Assembly: GCA_951406725.2 (NCBI GenBank)
Contig: OX597814.1
Location: 112,220,001 to 112,284,000 of the forward strand
Source: Octopus vulgaris
Lineage: Eukaryota
Direction of reading: 5' to 3'
DNA length: 64,000 nucleotides
Position 1 is the stretch's first letter. Every line of letters begins with the position of its first letter. The notes beneath the pieces are model-generated. The model ran no database searches, was not told the origin of the DNA, and saw only the letters and a list, made by a program, of their open reading frames with translations. Shown in pieces: positions 54,652 to 64,000 of the stretch. A program made the position numbers and the translations under genes.

Positions 54652-55401
54652 TAAATACATACATACCTGTAATTATTGGGGCTCTGGGATATGTAAGACA
54701 TTGCATCAGTACTAATCTTGAGAAATCAGGCTTCTCAAAAACAGAAAGGAAAAAGCTAATTTGAAGACTACAGATCCAATCCATCACTGGAACTGTAAAA
54801 ATCTGTAAAACTTTTCAGAAGTTTATCATTTAAATATATATGAGCATGTCTAGATATGCAACTATATGCATGACAATACATACATACATACATACATACA
54901 TACATACATACATACATACATACATAGATATGTACATACATACATACATACATACATATGTACATACATACATACATACATACATACATACATACATACA
55001 TAGATATGTACATACATACATACATACATACATATGTACATACATACATACATACATACATACATACATACATACATACATACATACACACACACATACA
55101 TACTTACAAAAATACCCTGTTCTTCATGTTGAAATTCCAATGAAGGAACCTTGGATCTCGGTAAGAAACCGTTTCCTTCTCTATTGGCAAGAAATCTTAA
55201 AATAAACTGAATAATGACATACATACATACACACTTACATACATGCATGTATATCTATCTCTCTCTCTCTATATATATATATATACAGATTTAGATGAAT
55301 ATGGTACTTAAGTTGAGACACCAGAATTTAGTATAGTAATTATCTATACAATTTAAAATAAGGGGATTAAATAATCAACAAGGATATCCATATATATATC
55401 C

Positions 55402-55451
<50 letters not shown>

Positions 55452-56088
55452 GTATTTATGTATATATATGCATATATAGATATGCACACACACACTCACA
55501 CACAAACACACACACACACATGTATGCATACTTGTTTTTATGCTTTATATATATTTATATACACACGTATTGTCGCAAGAGTGAGGAAACTAACAAAGTG
55601 ATGATCATACAGATAGATATTATGTAAAACATATGCAAATTAGGCAGTGAGGTTCTCTCTGCATATGCTAATTTGTAGCAGTCTTGTCTCTTTATATAGC
55701 ATATTACTATAATAGATATTGCTACATGAATATATATTAGAAAAACATAATATATGTCAGATAGATGAAACATATATTAGACTACTTATGTGTAATGTGA
55801 ACCAGTCTTATTACAAAACAGCGTAATACGCGCGTTTGGGCGCATTTGTGTTAAAGAGTGGGAGAAAGAGATAGAGATAGAAGGAAAGCCTGTGTATGGT
55901 TGTGTGCGTATGTGAATATCTTTGTGTATGTGTAATGCTCGAAACGATGAGTAGATAGTCAGCCAACAACTGATGAAGGGTCGTTCTTTGTGTTACTTGT
56001 CCTGTTTCCCTTTCTTTTCTCTCGTTGTTTGCGTATCTAACTCATTGTTTTCGTATTTGATGTTGTTTACTGTTGATGACGTCGTGTA

Positions 56089-56137
<49 letters not shown>

Positions 56138-56140
56138 GTA

Positions 56141-56188
56141 GGCAGTCCGACGATGGTCTTAACTGACCGTAACTTCGAAGTCACTGTC
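56141..56188 (+). ncRNA. Minimal HHR with U4C and A13U changes
   Basis: ggcagt CCGACGA t-ggtc-ttaact-gacc GTAA cttcgaag TC actgtc. Palindromic ACTTCGAAGT. Confidence 0.7.
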
Positions 56189-56508
56189 AGTAACATTCTT
56201 GTTTAGAAATGATAAATGTGTATACTATAAAAGTATAGAGTAACCCATCAGATTAATATAAAATTGTTTTTTATTACAACTACAAATGCAAACATTAACA
56301 CGATATATTTATATAAATATATTTATACGTATATGCATACCTGTATATGTACGTATACATATAAGCACATACACTAACACACAGACATATGTATATAATC
56401 ACACACGCGCGCTTACGTGTAAACACATATACATACAAACCGCGGTGAATACTAACTCATATGTATGAGCGCGCGCGCTGTGTACGAGCCTTGTGTACGC
56501 GTATCTGT

Positions 56509-56549
<41 letters not shown>

Positions 56550-56979
56550 TGTACGTCTGTGTATGTGCGTTTGTGTATGTGTGTGTGTGTGTGTGTGTGT
56601 GTAGTAAATTAGTCGGTTTAGAGAAGACGGAAAAATGTGTTGTACGTCTGAGTGTTGTTGAGTGTCATATTTTTGTGGGGTACATATTTTAGTGGGGTGC
56701 ATAATTTAGTGGGGTACATATCTAACGTCACTTCCTGTTGTTTTTCAATGAAGATGCCTGTGGGATTAGCAATACACACATACGCAAATACTTGGGTATA
56801 TATGTGTGCGTGTGTATGCAAACACATAAATATACAGACAATCTCTGAATCTATACATACACATATATATTTATGCACTTACATATATAGACGCACTCAC
56901 ACGCATGTATAAATATATATATATATATATGCGAACATATATAGGAGTATATAATATATATTTACATAATATTGTCTAT

Positions 56980-57082
<103 letters not shown>

Positions 57083-57559
57083 CATATATATATATATACG
57101 CGACGGCATACATATACATATGAATGCACACACACACATATGTATATATGTCTACCTACACACACTCATTCACAAGCAAACGCACATATATGTATGTATA
57201 TGCATGTGTGTATGTGTTTGTGTATGTGTGTGTGTTTGTGTGTATGTGAAGTATCAATGTCAGCTTATAACAGAGAGTGTATATAACAGGGGTGGGATTT
57301 ATACACGCTTTTTAGTTATTTATACGAATTTTGCTTTTTTTTTTTATTTTGTGTTCTGAAAGGAGGCCACACAGGAAGCAGAAATGCCGGGTGGGTGGGT
57401 GGGTGGAATAAATAAATGAAACGCAAAAAATATATGTACACATACACACACACACAAACACACATATATATATGTATATATACATATATACATATATATA
57501 TACACACACACACAAACACACATATATATATGTATATATACATATATACATATATATAT

Positions 57560-57613
<54 letters not shown>

Positions 57614-57830
57614 TCGCATACACAAACACAGATATGTACGGCACATAGACACATACATATATACAAACACACATACAGGCATATACACGTATACTAATCA
57701 GACATTCACGTTCTTGTTCGTATATACACAAAGATGCGCATATTTGTTTGAAAATAACAAAAAATATGAGGAGATAACACCAGGAACAGACTGGAGGGCG
57801 ACACGAACAACAATAGTGATCATAATAAGA

Positions 57831-57883
<53 letters not shown>

Positions 57884-57985
57884 AAATAATCGTTTGTATG
57901 ATAAGCAAAGGGGCTGAAATTTATGCACACGCACATGCGAGCTTACGCACTCACGCACGCACACAAACATACGCAAACACACAAA

Positions 57986-58021
<36 letters not shown>

Positions 58022-58183
58022 CTGCATCGCCACGTCTGATGAGCAGGACGGAACGTTCTCGCACCCACAAATCTAAGTCATGTGAACTTGAGTCAAACTG
58101 TTATGAAATATATTGAACCAACCAAACGTGTTCAGCGCTACTTTCTACTTTCTATCATTTGTTCACTGATTTGTATGTGTGTG

Positions 58184-58309
<126 letters not shown>

Positions 58310-58333
58310 CATATATATATATTAATATATATA

Positions 58334-58401
<68 letters not shown>

Positions 58402-58513
58402 TATATATATATCATATCTATATGTATTATATATATATATAGATAGATTTTATATATATATATACTACATATATGTATTAAATATATACTATATATATAT
58501 ATATATTATATAT

Positions 58514-58571
<58 letters not shown>

Positions 58572-58831
58572 TACAGGTATATTCTATTCCTTTGACTGGG
58601 TTCATGCTGGATCATCGCTTCTCATATGTATATGTGTATATATATATATATATATGCATACACACATATATTTACAAATATAGAAATATACGTATATACA
58701 TCCATACAGATACACATACACACATATATCACGCTGGTGATTATATTCCAAGTATCTGTGTGTGTGTCTGTCTGTTAGTCTGTCTATCTAACTGTCTGTT
58801 TGTCTGCCTATCTACCACCCTATCTGTATAT

Positions 58832-59097
58832 CAGTGGTTCTCAATCATTTTTTGTCTATGGACCCCTTTCATTCCTATTCTACTGAGGTGGTCTCTCACA
58901 CCCGTTCGATGTTTAAAAATATTCTTTTGCCTATATATTGAAATGTTATTAGCAACTGTATATATATATATAAAAAAAAAAAGAAATGTTAAAATATTTT
59001 GTGTTGTAGAAGACTAACCAATTTTTTGCACATAAACTTACCTACAAAATCGGATATGGACCACCAAGTATCAAATAGACCCAGTTGAGAATCACAG
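58832..59097. mobile_element. hAT-like MITE
   Basis: TIRs CAGTGGTTCTCAA and TTGAGAATCACAG. Confidence 0.7.
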
Positions 59098-59274
59098 CAA
59101 ATCTATCTACCTATCAGTCTGTCTCTCTATGTATCTACCAGCATCCATTAGATATACACGTATATATATGATCGAATATCACATCAGTATAAATTTAGTC
59201 ATACATATACGGTTGACATGACATTAAACTAGGCACGAATACAATAGATTTCAAATACACAGTTGTAATTCTCC

Positions 59275-59315
<41 letters not shown>

Positions 59316-59578
59316 GTGTGTGTGTGTCTGTATGTATGTATATATACATATATATATATATATAAGAAATTTTTGCGTATATATATATATATATATGCAA
59401 ATACATATATACACACATACACACACGTGTGCGTATGTGTATGTGTATTTATATGTATATATGTTTATGTATGTATATATATGTACATATATATATTTGT
59501 ATATATATATGTGTATATATAAACATGTATGTGTTTATATATGTATATATAGCTGTATGTATGCATGTATGTACGTAC

Positions 59579-59618
<40 letters not shown>

Positions 59619-59655
59619 ATCAAAATAAAAATACAAACATGAGGCGAAGGATTCA

Positions 59656-59733
59656 GCGGTACATATGTTTCGGGCCTTTATTAGACAGATTTATAACAAA
59701 GCATAATGTATGTCTGTGGCCTTCTTCAGCCGC
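59656..59733 (-). ncRNA. Type I HHR with extended helix II
   Basis: rc gcgg CTGAAGA aggcc-(about 41 nt including acaga/tctgt)-ggccc GAAA catatg TA ccgc. Confidence 0.75.
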
Positions 59734-60241
59734 GCACAACAGCTTCCACAAGGACATGTGTTACATCAAAAATTCTTGGTTGGGGATGCAAATCCTCTCG
59801 TTCACGTACGACATAATTCGGCAGCAGCATAGAATTGAAGCGTCCATCTCTTTCTTCTCTCAATGTAGAATGAGGAAACTTGGATGTTGAGGTAATGTAA
59901 ATAAATAAATACATATATAGAGGTGAAGATGGAGGGGCGAGAGTTCGGGACGAGGGATAAAAAATATATATAAAAAAATGTAAGTATAGAATAATATAAA
60001 AATGTAGAGGATAAAGATATAAAGAGTTGTAAGGAGATGTAAAGGGGGTATAAAGAAATATAAAGAAATATAAATAAATGTAAAGGCATAAGGTTGTAAA
60101 GTAAGAATAGAAATGGAAATAAAAGTAAAAAAAGTAAAAGAGCCTGATAAAAACACGATAAAAGTGTAAAAGAATGTAAAGATAAGGGATGTATAGAGGT
60201 CACGGACCAAGCATGGTGGTCAGGAGATTGATAAAATTTAG

Positions 60242-60290
<49 letters not shown>

Positions 60291-60575
60291 CATACATACA
60301 TACGTACAGATATATACAAATACACGCGCACATACACACAGACATAGAACAAGTCCGATTAGCAGTTGGTATACATTAGAAAGCCAGTGTTTATATCATG
60401 TACTTTAAGCATGAAGCAATACATTAAAATATCGTATCATATAACATCATATAAACACATGACTTTATTACATGGTATGTATAGTTGAGGGTTAGAGTAT
60501 CTGGAAGCTAACGGTCCGTGTCGTATACAGGAGAGGAAGACACTGAGAAAGGAGAAGCCTTGTGTCTATTTTTTT

Positions 60576-60792
60576 TTTGTTTCAACGACTGACTGCGGCC
60601 ATGCTGGAGCACCACCTTTAGTTGAACAAATCAACCCCTGGACTTATTCTTTGTAAGCCTCGTATTTATTCTATCGTTCTCTTTTTGCCGAAACGCTAAT
60701 TCACGGGTACGTAAACAAACCAACATCGGTTGTCAAACGATGGTGGCGGGACAAACAGAGACACACAAACAAACAAACAAACACACACACAC

Positions 60793-60845
<53 letters not shown>

Positions 60846-61002
60846 GATGGGCTTCTTTCAGTTTCCGTCTACCAAATCCACTCAAGGTTTTGGTCGGCCC
60901 GAGGCTATAGTTGAAGATACTAGCCCAAGGAGCCACGCAGTGGGAACGAACCCGGAACCATGTGGTTTATAAGCAAGCTACTTACCACACAGCCACTCCT
61001 GC
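60576..61002 (-). mobile_element. SINE family A
   Basis: Full-length match. A more decayed copy follows at about 61230-61605. Confidence 0.9.
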
Positions 61003-61390
61003 AACTTATGTAATGCAGATAACCTGCCTATGAGCTTATGATAGAATGCACACACACACGCACACACTCCTCACTCACACACTCCTCACTCACACATGAG
61101 CATAAATGCGTGTGTGTGCGTGTATGTAAGTAGTTAGATAAATTACGTATATAATAACATCACACACACAGACCTATGCGATATATAATATAATATATAT
61201 GTGCGTGGTTGTGTTGTGTCTGTGTCTTATCACTTGACTGTGGCATCGCCTTGAAGTGTTGTTTTTTTTTTTTGTCGAACGAATTCATTCCATTATATAT
61301 TGTTTTCTTCAGGCCTCAGCACTTTTTCTGTCGATCTCCTTTTTCCGAACCGCTAGGTAACAGAAGTGTGAAGAAACACAAAGACGCACA

Positions 61391-61425
<35 letters not shown>

Positions 61426-61718
61426 CTGAAAAAGTAAAAGAATATATATATATACACACACATATAGTTATATTACAAGTTTCACTTTGTGTCTACCAAA
61501 TCCACTCACAAAAACTTTGTTCTGCCGAAGGTGCTACGCAGTGAAATCGAAATGAGAATCACGTTGTTGAGGAGCTAAGTGCTTACCAAACAGCCACGCC
61601 TGTGCGAATGATAAGAAATGATAACTGAAATCATAAACAACACAGACGCAATAGTTTTCTGGGAACACTCCATGCTATTCTGCTCTAAATTATTAGTTTA
61701 CAAATTAAATGCATACAT

Positions 61719-61749
<31 letters not shown>

Positions 61750-61860
61750 GGATCCCTTGTCAACAATGTAACCTTCAATGTGTGTGTGCGTGTGTGTGTT
61801 ATGGGTGTGTTATGTGTGTGTGTTTGTGTGGATGTTTGTGTGTGTGAGTCTGTTTTGCAG

Positions 61861-61902
61861 TTCGATCCTACTTTGGGTGCTTCTAGCTGAGTCCACGCTC
61901 CT
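61861..61902 (+). other. Candidate 42-nt microexon
   Basis: Acceptor tctgttttgcag|; donor CCT|gtaagt. Length divisible by 3; one open frame, SILLWVLLAESTL. Confidence 0.35.
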
Positions 61903-62284
61903 GTAAGTATTTAGAATCTGTATGAAGATAACTTTCTCTCTTCTTACTACCAGCTTTTGAGGACCCCGGAAAAAAGCGTTATGTGTGCTGTCCTTACTCT
62001 TCTGCCTATACCATTAGAACAAACACATATGCCTTATCTCAGACTTCATAAGAACATTCTACATCTGTGTAGTCTCTAACTTACAGTGCTGAACAATTAA
62101 CCAATAACACAGCAGCACAATGAAGTTTGTATACACAGGAATATCTACAAAAATCCCCCCACGAGATGCACAACTGAGTCTGTATACAATACAATATCTA
62201 AGATATATTCATGAGCCGCACAACTGAATCTGTATATATTACTGTTTACGAAACAACCTCCAACTGCACCACTGAGTCTATAAA

Positions 62285-62563
62285 ACTTAGATGAAACTTA
62301 GATATGTTTCGACCAAAGATTGGTCCAGGCCACGTCTAACTTAATAGCACCACCTGACAGGATTATCTAAATCCTTTTTAAGTCAAGTCTTGTTTATCGT
62401 CTATTGAAGTAGTGAGTTCTTGTTGAGTGAGTTGTATCCAGGTAGAGGTGGTTTATCCGGTATTCTTTGAAGAAATCTGTCCAGACTCCGTTTTAAGGTG
62501 ATGGGATCCATTTTCCTCTTTAATCAGTTTTGGGACACTGTTAAACAGGGCAGGACCTGTTGA
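62285..62563 (-). mobile_element. CR1-group LINE 3' end
   Basis: rc STGPALFNSVPKLIKEE, frameshift, DPITLKRSLDRFLQRIPDKPPLPGYNSLNKNSLLQ* (stop 62401-62403); 3' UTR with a stem-loop and a repeated CTAAGTTT tail. Confidence 0.8.
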
Positions 62564-62592
62564 ATTGACAAGCGCACAGCTGAATCTGTACA

Positions 62593-62809
62593 TGAGGGGA
62601 TGCTGAAATGATTCTGGCTTTAAGGGTGTCGCAAAAGGACTTTTTGGAGGCCCAACCTTCTGAGTTCTTTTACAGGGCTTAGAAAAACAAAAGGATCCCT
62701 GAGATAAGTGTGTGAATATGAGAAGGGAATATGGTGGATAAAATCATGATTAACTGATCTTCCGGTGTTTTCTTTTACTCAGCGCCAGGAACTTTTCTGT
62801 ACCCTCTTG
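62593..62809. mobile_element. Tc1/mariner-type MITE
   Basis: TIRs TGAGGGGATGCTGAAATGATTCTGGC and GCCAGGAACTTTTCTGTACCCTCTTG|TA; third copy of this family. Confidence 0.75.
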
Positions 62810-63029
62810 TATATAACTATGTCTAAGAATCAACTACCAGCTCCACAACTGAATCCGTATATGTTACGTTGTCTAACAGTAAAGTTAGCCAATTTCATAA
62901 CTGATAACTGAGTCTGTACACATTACAATGTCTTAAAATTTAAGCATGAAATGTCTTCAGCTGCTCAGCTGATACAATGAGCAAACTCAGTTTGACAAAT
63001 ACTAGACGTCTAATTATTATGAGTTATTC

Positions 63030-63428
63030 TTTCATTCTTTTATTTGTTTCAGTCATTTGACTGCGGCCATGCTGGAGCACTGCCTTTAGTCGAATAAACC
63101 GACCCCAGGACTTATTCTTTGTAAACCTAGTACTTATTCTATCGGTCTCTTTTGCCGAACCGCTAAGTTACGGAGACGTGAACACAGCACCATTAGTTGT
63201 CAAGCGATGGTGGGGGATGAGAAAAACACACACACACACATACACACACATATATATACATATATACGACAGGCTTCTTTCAGTTTCCCTCTTCTAAATC
63301 CACTCACAAGGCTTTGGTCAGCCCGAGGCTATAATAGAAGACACTTGCCCAAGGTACCACGTAGTGGGACTGAACCCGGAACTATGTGGTTGGTAAGCAA
63401 GCTACTTACCACACAGCCACTCCTGCGC
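63030..63428 (-). mobile_element. SINE family A
   Basis: Full-length match to other family A copies. Confidence 0.9.
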
Positions 63429-63499
63429 TTTTGTTGGCCGCTTTCACAAAATTCTTTACATAGAGATTATTTTTCTCATCCAGTCTTTCTCTTTTTTGC

Positions 63500-63845
63500 G
63501 CTGCGTGCTGACGCTTTCAACTTGAGTGGCATTCTATCACTAACAGACACACTCCAGTCTCTGGACCACCGGCGTCATCTGTCCTCTTTCTGTCTTTTCC
63601 ATCGCTATTATAATGGCCTCAGCTCCACTGAGGGGGCTAGTCTCATGCCGCAACCACTCACACTCCCTCAACATATTTGTTACTCCATCTTTCCTTGCCG
63701 TAAGGGGAACCTTCTTTGCCTTCCTAATGAATATATCCAGTCCTTTCACCCTTGAATATCTTGCTGCTGGAATCTCATTCTTGATCGTATCTTCCCTGCT
63801 GGTGTTGAACGGCAACAATTTAAACGATACATTCAAAGCATCAAA
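63500..63845 (+). mobile_element. Decayed LINE (CR1/L2/Jockey group) ORF2 C-terminus
   Basis: LTDTLQSLDHRRHLSSFCLFHRYYNG...ASLMP, then QSFHP*ISCCWNLILDRIFP...QQFKRYI. Matches the L..RR....LFYRYY / SF.P....WN.LP / FK pattern. Confidence 0.75.
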
Positions 63846-64000
63846 CGCAACAGCCTTTGAAAGCTTGCAAAGATCACGGACTCTGCTCTTTCTTCCAGAC
63901 TCACTAAGAAGAAAAAGAAAACAAGGTCCTTCCCGATTTTGATGCAGCTCCTGAAGTCTTGCATGCGTAGCGGGCTTGCTACCCACAGCCTACGGTACCA

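Larger units (their letters stand above)
62110..62930. repeat. Old ~50-bp minisatellite interrupted by two TEs
   Basis: Variants of core GCACAACTGAGTCTGTATA at 62115, 62168, 62218, 62266, 62574, about 62844 and about 62903. Confidence 0.7.

Noticed and set aside
62110-62930. CRISPR-like repeat-spacer pattern
   Set aside because: Repeats are degenerate, spacers are partly similar to each other and no cas genes are present; treated as a minisatellite.

Overview
AT-rich, microsatellite-saturated animal DNA. The SINE repertoire looks like that of Octopus (recognised from memory, not searched). No complete protein-coding gene is supported: almost all listed ORFs are translations of (TA)n/(CA)n/(TACA)n tracts or of SINE bodies. 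The window is best read as intronic or intergenic, with two candidate + strand microexons (37342-37400, 61861-61902). It holds four tRNA-headed SINE families in many copies, four LINE ORF2 3' remnants (one RTE-type, three CR1/L2-group), two non-autonomous Helitrons, mariner- and hAT-type MITEs, and several tandem arrays. The least expected signal is about a dozen minimal type I hammerhead-ribozyme (HHR) motifs, found by eye, in Penelope-like terminal fragments. Most have a palindromic helix III. They include U4C cores, a compensatory G3-C8 core, and a tRNA-headed SINE that carries an HHR. Other points of interest are a 2-kb concatemer of a SINE-like unit with a fixed junction, an inverted-duplication rearrangement, a G-U-biased hairpin and an E-box/CArG-rich degenerate repeat. 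Repeat boundaries are approximate and family names are descriptive.
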